Source: Nitrospirota bacterium (lineage in GTDB: Bacteria; Nitrospirota; Thermodesulfovibrionia; Thermodesulfovibrionales; UBA6898). Taken from it: DNA of 64,000 bases. This document shows positions 1 to 9,723 of this stretch, piece by piece; position 1 is the first letter of the stretch, and each line of letters starts with the position of its first letter. The DNA lies in contig JBFMDL010000001.1 in assembly GCA_040753635.1 (NCBI GenBank), positions 3,714 through 67,713 on the forward strand. The letters run 5' to 3'. The position numbers and the translations under genes were made by a program. The notes below the pieces were generated by a model. That model had not been told where the DNA came from. It made no database searches and was given only the letters and a program-made list of their open reading frames with translations.

Positions 1-2
1 TC

Positions 3-416
3 ACGAATTTGATAATAGGCCCCAGGACCAGTGGCACAGAGGACGGTATGCTTATGGGAAGCGAAATATTGCACTGGTATTCAGAGGCCGCCATGCCAAC
101 ATATACTCCTAAAGACCCAAGGGTTAAGTCAGAAATACCCAAGACTACAAGCGATTCACCACTTTGTCATATATCAGTAGGCAAATGGATGAAGGCAGCC
201 GGGAAAACGCTATCAAGTCCAGAAAGACGGGACAGATGTGCACGCGTTACAGCAAGTGTGGCCTTTTACCTCTCAGAGTTGTTAAATGCATGGAAAGACG
301 GTAAATATAATACGAAGGGAACTATACCGTCAAAAGCCTATGGTATTACTGCACAGAATAACTGCATGGATTGTCATGGGTCAAACATACCGGCACCACC
401 GTCATCGAAAAAATAA
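3..416 (+). CDS. C-terminal part of a putative c-type cytochrome (gene runs off the left edge of the window)
   Basis: The frame is open from the window edge. There is a single CXXCH haem-binding motif (NNCMDCHGS) near the C-terminus, followed by an intrinsic terminator. I did not recognise a family. Confidence 0.35.
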   Translation, partial: TNLIIGPRTSGTEDGMLMGSEILHWYSEAAMPTYTPKDPRVKSEIPKTTSDSPLCHISVGKWMKAAGKTLSSPERRDRCARVTASVAFYLSELLNAWKDGKYNTKGTIPSKAYGITAQNNCMDCHGSNIPAPPSSKK

Positions 417-463
417 CTTATCTGAACCCCAAACATCAGCATTATTTCTTATTTAAATTCAGG

Positions 464-494
464 GAGGGCGAGGATTTGCTCTCGCCCTTTTTTG
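464..494 (+). terminator. Rho-independent terminator
   Basis: GC-rich hairpin GGGCGAG (466-472) / CTCGCCC (481-487), followed by TTTTTT (488-493), directly after the cytochrome ORF. Confidence 0.7.
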
Positions 495-696
495 AGTGCA
501 ATTATTTTATTGTCAGAAAAACAATGATTAGCAGGATCCCAATGCCCGAAAACAGGCCGTAGAAGCGTGCGCCCGATAAGCATCTCATCAGATAAAGGCG
601 GGCAGTCTCAATATGCCCCGTCGATTAATTATGTTGATGAGGTATTCGGGCATCATAAGCAACCATTGGAACAGAGTTCGCTATGAATTAAGCGGG

Positions 697-1419
697 TTAA
701 ATCTTTACTTCGGCCTTCATAACGATCGTCTGGTAGCCTTCCCGGCCAAGTTGATCGGCTATTGAAACTGCGCTGTTGAAATTATCAAAATTCCCTATCC
801 GCACCCTGTAGTATTTTACGCCCTTTACGTCCGCTTCCTGGATATATACGTTTTCGTATTTAAGATTCAGACCGGCCTTGAGTCTTATCGCATTGATACC
901 TTCAGTAAAGGAGCCGACCTGGATAGCGAACGGCCCTGTCTTTTCAACGGTCTGGACATTTACATTTTTTATGTACGAATCGTCCCTGCCGGCAACCTCA
1001 AGCAAGACCCTTCCGGTCCCGGGTCCGATGAGGCCGATCTCTTTTGCGCATGCGTATGAAAGGTCTATGTCCCGCCCCTCGACAAAAGGCCCCCTGTCAT
1101 TGACAGTGCATTCGACAGACCTGCTGTTGGAGATGTTCGTGACTTTCAATCTCGTTCCGAAAGGATATTCCCTGTGCGCGCATGTGTTTGCATACATATT
1201 GAAAGTCTCACCGGATGAGGTCGGTCTGCCCTGGAAGTCAGGGCCATACCAGGAGGCAACAGCATGGGTCTTTTCGTAAGCGGTCTTTGGATAAGATTCA
1301 TATCTTACGGTCGAACATGAAGAAATAAAAAAAAGACTGAAGAGTAATGCGTAACAAGCAACAAGCAGCCTTAGATCTGAAAAAACTGATACCCTGTTTT
1401 TAAACTCGTTACCCGTCAC
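697..1419 (-). CDS. rlpA: Septal ring lytic transglycosylase RlpA family protein (DPBB domain plus C-terminal SPOR domain)
   Basis: Lipoprotein-like N-terminus (FFISSCS). The DPBB core reads WYGPDFQGRPTSSGETF...VNDRGPF. The C-terminal SPOR-like segment reads FAIQVGSF...YYRVRIGNF. Confidence 0.85.
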   Translation of the reverse strand: MTGNEFKNRVSVFSDLRLLVACYALLFSLFFISSCSTVRYESYPKTAYEKTHAVASWYGPDFQGRPTSSGETFNMYANTCAHREYPFGTRLKVTNISNSRSVECTVNDRGPFVEGRDIDLSYACAKEIGLIGPGTGRVLLEVAGRDDSYIKNVNVQTVEKTGPFAIQVGSFTEGINAIRLKAGLNLKYENVYIQEADVKGVKYYRVRIGNFDNFNSAVSIADQLGREGYQTIVMKAEVKI

Positions 1420-1432
1420 TCGCAGCTCGTCA

Positions 1433-2782
1433 CTATAATATATACCTGCTCAGATCCTCATCTTTCACAATATCTATTAATTTTTCGCGCACATATTTTC
1501 TGTCGATTCTGAGCTCTCCGTTTTTTCTTTCAGGCGCTTCAAAAGATATATCCTCAAGAAGTTTTTCGAGTATGGTATGAAGTCTTCGCGCTCCTATATT
1601 TTCGGTCTTGTCATTTACAAGCGCAGCAATTTCGGAAATTTCATCAATGGAGTCATCCGAAAAATCAATCCGCACATTTTCTGTAGAAAGCAAGGCCGTA
1701 TATTGTTTTATTAATGCATTATGAGGTTCTGTAAGTATTCTTGCGAATTCCTCTTTGCCGAGCGGATCCAGCTCAACTCTTATCGGAAATCTGCCCTGAA
1801 GCTCCGGTATGAGGTCCGACGGCTTTGTCATATGAAAAGCCCCTGATGCAATAAAAAGTATATGTTCTGTCTTGACCGATCCATATTTAGTCGTCACTGT
1901 AGATCCCTCTACTATCGGCAGGAGGTCGCGTTGAACACCTTCCCTCGACACATCAGGTCCGTGACCATGTCCCTTGCTCGCAATTTTATCTATCTCATCT
2001 ATAAATATTATTCCTGACTGTTCGACCCTTTCCACGGCTTCTTTTGTGATTTTATCCATGTCAATGAGTTTGTCCGCCTCATCCTTTTCGAGTATGATCA
2101 ATGCCTCCGGTATCTTCACCTTTTTTCTTTTGGCCTTCTCAGGCAGAAGATTGCCGAGCATGGATTTCAGGTTTATCTCTATCTCTTCAAGACCCGCGTT
2201 CGATATCACGCCAAAAGGCATTATTTTTTCCTTTACGTCTATGTCAACGTACCTTGCATCAAGCTTTCCGTTTCTCAGTTGTTCCCTGAGTCTTTCCCTT
2301 GTTTCCCTGTTCCTTTCTCTTTCTGTCTCGTCCATCTCAGCGGACCTTAACATGCCGGACATCCTTGGCTGCGGCAATAAAAGATCAAGCAGTCTCTCCT
2401 CCGCGAGATGCTTTGCCTTTTCTCTTATCTTATCAAGGTGTTCATTTTTAACCATATTTACAGATATCTCCGTGAGGTCCCTGATCATTGATTCCACATC
2501 ACGGCCGACATAACCGACTTCGGTAAATTTTGAGGCCTCAATTTTTAAAAAAGGCGCACCGGCAAGCCTCGAAAGTCTCCTTGCGATCTCTGTCTTGCCA
2601 ACCCCGGTAGGTCCTATCATTATAATGTTTTTTGGGAGCACCTCGTCCTTGAGGTCAGGGGAAAGCATCTGTCTTCTCCACCGGTTCCTTAAAGCTATTG
2701 CCACAGCTTTCTTAGCCCTGTTCTGGCCGATTATATATTTGTCAAGTTCTTCTACAATTTTTCTTGGTGTAAGATTGTCCAT
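1433..2782 (-). CDS. hslU: ATP-dependent protease ATPase subunit HslU
   Basis: [16 protein letters not shown] and the Walker A motif [15 protein letters not shown] are present. The full-length AAA+ HslU architecture sits directly downstream of hslV. Confidence 0.95.
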   Translation of the reverse strand: MDNLTPRKIVEELDKYIIGQNRAKKAVAIALRNRWRRQMLSPDLKDEVLPKNIIMIGPTGVGKTEIARRLSRLAGAPFLKIEASKFTEVGYVGRDVESMIRDLTEISVNMVKNEHLDKIREKAKHLAEERLLDLLLPQPRMSGMLRSAEMDETERERNRETRERLREQLRNGKLDARYVDIDVKEKIMPFGVISNAGLEEIEINLKSMLGNLLPEKAKRKKVKIPEALIILEKDEADKLIDMDKITKEAVERVEQSGIIFIDEIDKIASKGHGHGPDVSREGVQRDLLPIVEGSTVTTKYGSVKTEHILFIASGAFHMTKPSDLIPELQGRFPIRVELDPLGKEEFARILTEPHNALIKQYTALLSTENVRIDFSDDSIDEISEIAALVNDKTENIGARRLHTILEKLLEDISFEAPERKNGELRIDRKYVREKLIDIVKDEDLSRYIL

Positions 2783-2783
2783 T

Positions 2784-3314
2784 TTAAGTCAATTCCTCTA
2801 TAGTTATGTTTTCGTTTGTATAAATACAGATATCAGAGGCGATCTTCATGGCTTTCTCTATTATATCTGTCGCACTCATATCAGTGTTTTCATACAGAGC
2901 CCTTGCCGCTGCCTGTGCATAAGGCCCTCCCGATCCAATTGCTGCAATGCCCTGCTCGGGTTCAATCACATCACCGTTCCCGGATATTATGAATGTATGC
3001 TCTTTATCGGCAATTATCAGAAGGGCTTCGAGCTTGCGGAGAATCCTGTCGGTCCTCCAGTCCTTTGCAAGTTCAACCGCAGCCCTTGTTATATTGCCCC
3101 TGTAAGATTCCAGTTTTCCTTCGAATCTTTCGAACAACGTGAAAGCATCTGCTGTAGCGCCCGAAAAACCGGCTATGACTTTATCTCCATACATTTTTCT
3201 TATTTTTTTAGCATTCTGTTTGAGTACGGTATTACCCATGGTAACCTGGCCGTCGCCGCCGATGGAAACCATGTCATTACGCCTTACACACAGTATGGTT
3301 GTTGCATGAAACAT
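2784..3314 (-). CDS. hslV: ATP-dependent protease peptidase subunit HslV
   Basis: N-terminal TTILCVRR...GGDGQVT and GSGG motifs typical of HslV, at 176 aa. The stop lies 1 nt before the hslU start. Confidence 0.95.
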   Translation of the reverse strand: MFHATTILCVRRNDMVSIGGDGQVTMGNTVLKQNAKKIRKMYGDKVIAGFSGATADAFTLFERFEGKLESYRGNITRAAVELAKDWRTDRILRKLEALLIIADKEHTFIISGNGDVIEPEQGIAAIGSGGPYAQAAARALYENTDMSATDIIEKAMKIASDICIYTNENITIEELT

Positions 3315-3377
3315 CGCCGCTCCTTTTTTGTTTATTTTATATCTTACAGGAAACCTGCGCTGTCTGTCATTACTTTA

Positions 3378-3397
3378 TGCGATTTAATGCGATTTAA
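3378..3397. repeat. Perfect tandem direct repeat, TGCGATTTAA x2
   Basis: Read directly from the sequence: 3378-3387 equals 3388-3397. It lies 64-83 nt upstream of the hslV start codon on the minus strand. Confidence 0.8.
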
Positions 3398-3413
3398 ACT
3401 TCTGCTTATGCAG

Positions 3414-3587
3414 GGATTATCCAAATCCACCATCAACTTTGCGAGGGAACGCATTCGAACGGTTTCAGCGGGCCGTTTTGCCTCACCATCCAGGTGAGGC
3501 GGCCCGGTGCACCGGAGCGAAGCGGGAATGAGAGAGAATGACGTTCTCTCGCCTATGGCGCTTTTTTGATGGCGGATTTGGGATTAT
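3414..3587. repeat. MITE-like element (~160 bp) with 14-bp terminal inverted repeats and a flanking 7-bp direct repeat
   Basis: The TIRs are CAAATCCACCATCA (3422-3435) and TGATGGCGGATTTG (3567-3580), complementary at 13 of 14 positions. GGATTAT is present at 3414-3420 and 3581-3587. Internal hairpins include GGGCCG..GCCTCAC/GTGAGGC..CGGCCC and GAGAGAA/TTCTCTC. The 30-nt core at 3513-3542 recurs at 9822-9850. Confidence 0.6.
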
Positions 3588-3627
3588 ATAATGATTATCC
3601 GCAAACCATGGATTAGGAAGGCATCTT

Positions 3628-4515
3628 TTATTCGCTGTCATCATCCTTGTCCGACATCGGATGCGCCTTGTCATAAATGTCCATCAGGTGTGTTATATCT
3701 ATATGTGTATACTTCTGGGTCGTTGATAAAGAGGAATGCCCGAGGAGTTCCTGAATTACTCTCAAATCAGCTCCCGCCTGAAGCAGGTGCGAGGCAAAAG
3801 AGTGTCTTAATGTGTGAGGTCCCACCGTGCCGTTTATGCCGAGCATCCTTGCATATTTAACCACTATTCTTCTTATACCCCTTTCAGAAAGCCTTTCATC
3901 CCTTCTGTTTAAAAACATTGTGTTGTTTTTCTTCTTGAGAAGCATTTTTTCGACCATATATGATTTTATCGCATCAATAGCCTTTGAACCTACAGGCAGT
4001 ATGCGTTCCTTTTTGCCTTTGCCCCTGACTTTTACAAGTCCCTCTTTTGTATTTATATCATCGTTGTTAAGCCCGGCAACCTCACTGACCCTCAGACCGC
4101 TTGAGTATAATAGTTCGAGTATGGCCCTGTCCCTGACAGGTATGAACCCTATGCCTTCGGGTTTTTCCACAAGGGAAAAAGCGTCATCCACTGAAAGGAA
4201 CCTTGGTAATAATTTTGACGTCTTCGGGCTTGAAACAAGTTTTGCAGGGTTGGATTTTATGTATCCTTCCCTGTACATAAACTTCAGGAAAGACCTTACA
4301 GTTGCAAGCCTTCTGCCTACAGATGTCTTGTTCAATCCGTTTTTAATCTGCTGCGCCACGAAGCTTCTCACATCTATAAGATCGATATCTTCCGGCTTTT
4401 TCTTAATCCATGCGCTGAATTCCTCAAGGTCTTTTCTGTAAGCCCTGAGTGTATGTTTTGATGCGTCCTTCTCGACCTCAAGGTAACGCATGAACTTGTC
4501 AATCTGATTCTTCAT
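3628..4515 (-). CDS. xerC: Site-specific tyrosine recombinase XerC/XerD family
   Basis: The C-terminal catalytic region reads GPHTLRHSFASHLL...LLGHSSLSTTQKYTH. The position between trmFO and hslVU matches the Bacillus gid-codV-clpQY order. Confidence 0.85.
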   Translation of the reverse strand: MKNQIDKFMRYLEVEKDASKHTLRAYRKDLEEFSAWIKKKPEDIDLIDVRSFVAQQIKNGLNKTSVGRRLATVRSFLKFMYREGYIKSNPAKLVSSPKTSKLLPRFLSVDDAFSLVEKPEGIGFIPVRDRAILELLYSSGLRVSEVAGLNNDDINTKEGLVKVRGKGKKERILPVGSKAIDAIKSYMVEKMLLKKKNNTMFLNRRDERLSERGIRRIVVKYARMLGINGTVGPHTLRHSFASHLLQAGADLRVIQELLGHSSLSTTQKYTHIDITHLMDIYDKAHPMSDKDDDSE

Positions 4516-4620
4516 GGCAGTAAACAGAAATCCAAAATTAAACCCGCATAGTTATCTGTCATTGTCCCGAATGCCTTCGGGATCCGCAATCCTTCCCAAA
4601 AAGAAAGATCCCCCGCCTGC

Positions 4621-5937
4621 CTATCCATTTATCCTCTCCAGATATTCTGCCCAATCCCGGATCGCCTTTTCGGCAATAATCTTTCTCCTGTGCTTCTTAT
4701 CCCTTATTTTCTCCGCCCCCCCGGTAACAGGGAACAAACCGAAATTTATATTGCTGGGCTGGAAATATCTGCTGTCCGATTCTGTAATATGTCTGATTAA
4801 AGCGCCGTGCGCTGTTGTTGCAGGGACATCGATCATGCTCTCGCCTTTAAGCGCTGAAGAGGCGTTTATGCCTGCTATTAGACCCATCGCCGTTGATTCG
4901 ATGTAACCCTCGACCCCTGATATCTGTCCGGCAATAAATAAATTTTTTTTATTTTTAAGCGACAGGTCCCTGTTCAAAAACAGAGGTGAGTTTATAAAAG
5001 TATTACGGTGGATTGAACCATATCTCAGGAATTCAGCATATTGAAGGCCGTTGATCATGCTGAATATCCTCTTCTGTTCAGGCCGCTTCAGCCTTGTCTG
5101 AAACCCCACCATGTTATAGGCTGTCCTTTCCTTGTTTTCAGTCCTGAGCTGCACAACCGCATAAGGCTCTTTGCCGGTTCCGGGCTCCGGCAATCCTACG
5201 GGTTTCATCGGACCAAATCTGAGGGTGTCTACCCCCCTCGACGCCATTACTTCAATGGGCATGCAGCCCTCAAAAACTCTTGTATCTTCAAAACTTTCAG
5301 GAGTAACTCTGTCGGCTTCGATAAGGGCATTATAAAAATTCAGATATTCCTCTTTTGTCATCGGGCAGTTCAGGTAGTCGTCTCCTCCCTTGCCGTATCT
5401 TGACGCTCTGTAAACCTTTACGTTTTCGATGGATTCAGCAGAGATAATCGGCGCAATGGCATCATAAAAATAGAGATGGCATTCTCCTGTAAGCCTGGAT
5501 AACTCGTTTGTGATGGATTCAGAGGTGAGAGGCCCTGTTGCAATTATAGACATTGTATCCGGCAATTCTTTGCATTCCTGTCTCACTATAGTGATATTTT
5601 TGTTGGTTGATATTTTTTCCGTAATAAAATCTGAAAAAAGATTCCTGTCGACAGCCAGCGCCGACCCTGCAGGGACGCTTGATGCATATGCAGCCTCCAT
5701 TATGAGGGAGCAGGCCATGGAAAGCTCTTTTTTCAAAAGTCCGGGAGCGGTATATATGTCGTTGGACCTGAGGGAATTGGAACATACAAGTTCGCCGAGC
5801 ATTCCCGTCTTGTGGGCTTCGGTCGATTTCTTCGGTCTCATCTCGTACAACAAGACCTTAACCCCTCTTTTTGCCGCCTGCCACGCAGCCTCAGAGCCGG
5901 CGAGCCCTCCGCCGATAATAATCAATTTCTCAGACAT
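4621..5937 (-). CDS. trmFO: Methylenetetrahydrofolate--tRNA-(uracil54-C5)-methyltransferase TrmFO
   Basis: N-terminal FAD-binding motif IIGGGLAGSEAA. The protein is 438 aa with a Gid/TrmFO-like sequence throughout. Confidence 0.9.
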   Translation of the reverse strand: MSEKLIIIGGGLAGSEAAWQAAKRGVKVLLYEMRPKKSTEAHKTGMLGELVCSNSLRSNDIYTAPGLLKKELSMACSLIMEAAYASSVPAGSALAVDRNLFSDFITEKISTNKNITIVRQECKELPDTMSIIATGPLTSESITNELSRLTGECHLYFYDAIAPIISAESIENVKVYRASRYGKGGDDYLNCPMTKEEYLNFYNALIEADRVTPESFEDTRVFEGCMPIEVMASRGVDTLRFGPMKPVGLPEPGTGKEPYAVVQLRTENKERTAYNMVGFQTRLKRPEQKRIFSMINGLQYAEFLRYGSIHRNTFINSPLFLNRDLSLKNKKNLFIAGQISGVEGYIESTAMGLIAGINASSALKGESMIDVPATTAHGALIRHITESDSRYFQPSNINFGLFPVTGGAEKIRDKKHRRKIIAEKAIRDWAEYLERING

Positions 5938-5979
5938 GATTTATTATCATTGCTGTCCAAAATAATTTCAAATATGGAT

Positions 5980-6153
5980 AAGAAGGCGGGATGTCGAGGA
6001 AACAGAATAACGACACCCTGAAAATCAATCCACAAACAATTACGAAATAACACAAATACAGAGTTATCGTTAATGCGTTTATTTAACAAAGTCGGGGTCT
6101 GACATTTAATAATCATGTCGATTTATTCTGTTTTCGAGGCATTCCGCCTTCTG
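5980..6153 (+). repeat. Long imperfect inverted repeat / hairpin element (~174 nt); candidate structured RNA or MITE
   Basis: Positions 5981-6010 pair with 6123-6152 over 30 positions: 25 Watson-Crick, 3 G-T and 2 mismatches. CGAC (6011-6014) pairs with GTCG (6117-6120). All three G-T pairs are G-U compatible only on the plus strand. Confidence 0.6.
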
Positions 6154-6193
6154 TAAAGTTTTATTCTGGACAAGTATGATTTATTATAACTTA

Positions 6194-6427
6194 CTAAAAA
6201 CTTCCCTTTCTCCTGCATATCGTGGTTATCATCCAGATCGAAACGATGAGGGAGACCCAGAAAACAAATCTCAGGACAGAAGCAATGTTTAAGTTGTCCT
6301 TGTCAATATCTTTCGGACTTATAAAAAAAATGGTGAACTTTTCTCTTAAGGTTCTTCCGGAGTTGCCGAGTATCAATGCCGATACCGCCGCAGACAGGAA
6401 TGGTATCAAAAACAATATCAAAGCCAT
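6194..6427 (-). CDS. Hypothetical small membrane protein (two predicted TM helices)
   Basis: The ORF begins 33 nt downstream of the cusA stop on the same strand. It has a hydrophobic N-terminal segment and a hydrophobic C-terminal segment. I could not see a clear RBS. Confidence 0.3.
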   Translation of the reverse strand: MALILFLIPFLSAAVSALILGNSGRTLREKFTIFFISPKDIDKDNLNIASVLRFVFWVSLIVSIWMITTICRRKGSF

Positions 6428-6459
6428 ACAATAGATTTATAGCAGTTCGTATCATTATG

Positions 6460-9400
6460 TCAATCAATTATTGTTTCTCTGCCTTTAAATTCCCTCCCTC
6501 TCCAGATCATATAAATAGCAGGGTAAATAATCAATTCGAGGATTGTTGAGGTGACAACTCCACCGACCATAGGAGCAGCTATCCTCTTCATTACGTCAGA
6601 GCCCGCTCCATGGCTGAACATAATAGGTATAAGCCCTGCAAGTATAACGCTCACGGTCATGATCTTTGGTCTTATCCTCTTTACGGCTCCATCCATAATA
6701 GCTTCCTTAATGTCCTGCTCCGAGTTCAGTTTCCCTTCCTTTTTCCACTGTTTATATGCAAGCTCAAGATAAAGGAGCATCACAACTCCTGTCTCTGCAT
6801 CAAGACCTGCAAGGGCTATTATACCGACCCACACAGCAATGCTCATGTTGTAGTTAAGCATGTAAAGAAGCCAGAATGAGCCTACCAGGGAAAAAGGTAC
6901 GGCAAGCAGGACTATCATCGTCTTTATAATAGATTTTGTATTGAAGTAAAGCAGGACGAAGATGATAAGAACAGTGAGGGGAATAACAAGTTTCAGCTTT
7001 TCGTGTGTCTTTACAAGATACTCATATTCCCCGCTCCACTGAAGACGATAGCCCTCAGGCAGTTTGACCATGGAATTCACTTTGTTCTTTGCTTCTTCAA
7101 CAAAACCTCCCACATCTCTGCCGGAGAAATCGACAAAAACATAAGCTGTGAGCAGACCCTCTTCACTTTTGATGACTGTTGGGCCTTTTACAATATCTAT
7201 GTCAGCGATCTGCCCGAGGGGCGTCTGCCCCATAACTGCGGGGGCCTGACTTCCTGTCATCGAAGCGCCGGCAGACATACTGACCGGTATAAGTATCCTT
7301 TTGATCTTTTCTATATCATTTCTCAATTCCCTTGCATAGCGAACATTTACCGGATAACGCTCCCTGCCTTCTACAGTAATGGTCAGGTTCATCCCTCCAA
7401 GTGTGCTTGCCACTACTGACTGGACTTCTTCCATTGAAAGACCGTATCGTGCAATCTCATCCCGCCGTGGTTTGATGTCAAGGAAATATCCGGTAGAAAG
7501 CCGTTCGGCATAGGCGCTCCTCGTTCCCGGTATATTCTTTACAGCGCTTTCAACATCGATAGCAACCTTTTCGACCATTTCCAGTTTCGGCCCCATTACC
7601 TTAATGCCGACAGGGGTCCTGATGCCTGTTGCGTTCATGTCGATCCGCGCTTTGATAGGCATGGTGAAAGAATTGGCTACTCCGGGGATAGTGACGGCAT
7701 CGTTCATTTCGTTTTTCAATTGTTCAACGTCCATTCCTTTACGCCATTCAGATTTCGGAAGATCTTTTTTAAAACCTATTGAAAATAGAAATTTATCAAA
7801 CACGGAAGGTTTATTATCCGGCTTGAGGTTGATCACCGTCTCGAACATTTCCACAGGCGCAGGGTCTGTCGCGGTCTCTGCCCGACCTGCCTTGCCGAAG
7901 ACCTGTGAGACCTCGGGTATTGTCTTCAACAACTTATCCTGTATCTGGAGCAGTTTAGCCGATTCTGATACAGACAACGCCGGAACCGTGACAGGCATAT
8001 AAAACAGCGTACCTTCATACAGAGGGGGCATGAACTCCGAGCCGAGTTTTGTGAATGGATAGGCAGTCGCGACCATTATGATTATGGCTATGACAATAAC
8101 AATCCACTTGAACCGCAAGGCGAGCTTTGCAAATGGCTCATAGATTTTGTGGATCACGAGACTTACCGGGTTTTTCTCCTCGGGCCGTATCTTTCCCCTA
8201 ATGAAAAGGGTCATCAGCACAGGAGTCAAAGTAATCGCGAGGAATGATGAAAAGAGCATCGCAAAGGTCTTTGTGTATGCCAAAGGTTTAAAGAGCCTCC
8301 CTGCCTGAGCCTGGAGAGTAAAGACAGGAAGAAATCCGACAGTAATCACGAGGAGTGAAAAAAATAGCGAAGGACCGACTTCTTTTGCAGCCTCTATGAT
8401 GACATCAATCCTCTCTCTTCGTGAACGGTTTGAACTGTTTGAACCGACATCGGCCTCCCACGCTTCAAGCTTCTTATGTGCATTCTCAACCATAATGATC
8501 GAGGCATCGACCATTGCACCGATAGCGATTGCAATGCCCCCAAGGCTCATGATATTCGAGGTAACACCAAGATAATACATACAGATAAAGGAGATTATAA
8601 TTGCTACAGGGAGCGTCAATATCACAACAAGGGCGCTTGGAAGATGGAAAAGGAACACAATACAGACAGCGCTTACCGCGATGGAAAGCTTAACGATCTC
8701 TTCTTTTAAGGTATTTATGGAGCGATGAATAAGATCTGTCCTGTCATAGGTAGCAACAACCTTCACGCCTTCTGGCAAAGAAGGCTGAACATCCTTCTTA
8801 ATCTTTTCCTTAACACGCTCGATTACGTTGAGGACATTCTCGCCAAAGCGGACAACAACAATGCCCCCGGCAACTTCACCCTTTCCATCGAGATCAAGCA
8901 GTCCTCTCCGTATCTCCGGCCCGAGCTGGACTGTTGCGACATCACGCAAAAAAACAGGCGTCCCTGTTCCGTTTGTTCCTACAGCAATGTTTTCCAAATC
9001 CTTTATACTCTTTATATACCCTCTACCCCTCACCATATATTCTGCCTCGGAAAGCTCAAGCACCCTTCCTTCAACCTCTGTGTTGCTCTTCTTTATAGCC
9101 TCCATTATCTTCATCAGGGGTATGTTGAAAGCTGTAATACGGTTCGGATCAATATTTACCTGGTACTGCTTTAGAAAACCACCGACACTTGCAACCTGAG
9201 ACACGCCGGGAACGCTTTCGAGGGCAAGTTTAATGTTCCAGTCCTGCATTGAACGGAGTTGTGAGAGGTCATGACTTTTTGTTTCATCAACAAGGGCATA
9301 GGTAAACCCCCATCCAAGGCTTGTGGCATCAGGACCTAAAACAGGATTAACATCAACAGGGATCTTGCTCTTGACAGATTGAAGGTATTCAAGCACACGG

Positions 9401-9723
9401 CTTCTTGCCCAGTAAATATCTGTTCCTTCATCGAAGATCACATAAATAAACGAACTGCCGAGGAATGAAAATCCTCTTACAGCCTGAACCTTCGGCGCTG
9501 CAAGAAGAGTGGAAGATATCGGATAGGTAATCTGGTCTTCTATAAGGTTCGGACTTCTTCCTGTCCATTCCGTATAGATTATGACCTGTGTGTCGCTTAA
9601 ATCAGGTATAGCATCCAGAGGCGTATTCTTCAGCGACCAGTATCCCCATACACAAAGGAAAATCACCATCAGAAAGATGATGAACCTGTTCCTTGCGCTG
9701 TATTCGATTATTCTGGAAATCAC
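6460..9723 (-). CDS. cusA: Heavy-metal efflux RND transporter permease, CusA/CzcA family
   Basis: The protein is 1087 aa with a multi-TM RND architecture (N-terminus MISRIIEYSARNRFIIFLMV..). It lies in an operon with a membrane fusion protein and a TolC-like outer membrane factor. Confidence 0.85.
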   Translation of the reverse strand: MISRIIEYSARNRFIIFLMVIFLCVWGYWSLKNTPLDAIPDLSDTQVIIYTEWTGRSPNLIEDQITYPISSTLLAAPKVQAVRGFSFLGSSFIYVIFDEGTDIYWARSRVLEYLQSVKSKIPVDVNPVLGPDATSLGWGFTYALVDETKSHDLSQLRSMQDWNIKLALESVPGVSQVASVGGFLKQYQVNIDPNRITAFNIPLMKIMEAIKKSNTEVEGRVLELSEAEYMVRGRGYIKSIKDLENIAVGTNGTGTPVFLRDVATVQLGPEIRRGLLDLDGKGEVAGGIVVVRFGENVLNVIERVKEKIKKDVQPSLPEGVKVVATYDRTDLIHRSINTLKEEIVKLSIAVSAVCIVFLFHLPSALVVILTLPVAIIISFICMYYLGVTSNIMSLGGIAIAIGAMVDASIIMVENAHKKLEAWEADVGSNSSNRSRRERIDVIIEAAKEVGPSLFFSLLVITVGFLPVFTLQAQAGRLFKPLAYTKTFAMLFSSFLAITLTPVLMTLFIRGKIRPEEKNPVSLVIHKIYEPFAKLALRFKWIVIVIAIIIMVATAYPFTKLGSEFMPPLYEGTLFYMPVTVPALSVSESAKLLQIQDKLLKTIPEVSQVFGKAGRAETATDPAPVEMFETVINLKPDNKPSVFDKFLFSIGFKKDLPKSEWRKGMDVEQLKNEMNDAVTIPGVANSFTMPIKARIDMNATGIRTPVGIKVMGPKLEMVEKVAIDVESAVKNIPGTRSAYAERLSTGYFLDIKPRRDEIARYGLSMEEVQSVVASTLGGMNLTITVEGRERYPVNVRYARELRNDIEKIKRILIPVSMSAGASMTGSQAPAVMGQTPLGQIADIDIVKGPTVIKSEEGLLTAYVFVDFSGRDVGGFVEEAKNKVNSMVKLPEGYRLQWSGEYEYLVKTHEKLKLVIPLTVLIIFVLLYFNTKSIIKTMIVLLAVPFSLVGSFWLLYMLNYNMSIAVWVGIIALAGLDAETGVVMLLYLELAYKQWKKEGKLNSEQDIKEAIMDGAVKRIRPKIMTVSVILAGLIPIMFSHGAGSDVMKRIAAPMVGGVVTSTILELIIYPAIYMIWRGREFKGRETIID

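Noticed and set aside
2595-3497. A 300-aa plus-strand ORF spanning hslU/hslV. Similar long antisense ORFs occur at 21623-22450, 39637-40488, 46353-46895, 52362-52883, 32040-32627 and 25503-26057.
   Set aside because: These ORFs lie fully antisense to genes with unmistakable homology-type motifs. Their translations are low-complexity, Ser/Phe/Leu/Ile-rich sequences with no recognisable motifs and no RBS. They are shadow ORFs caused by codon bias.
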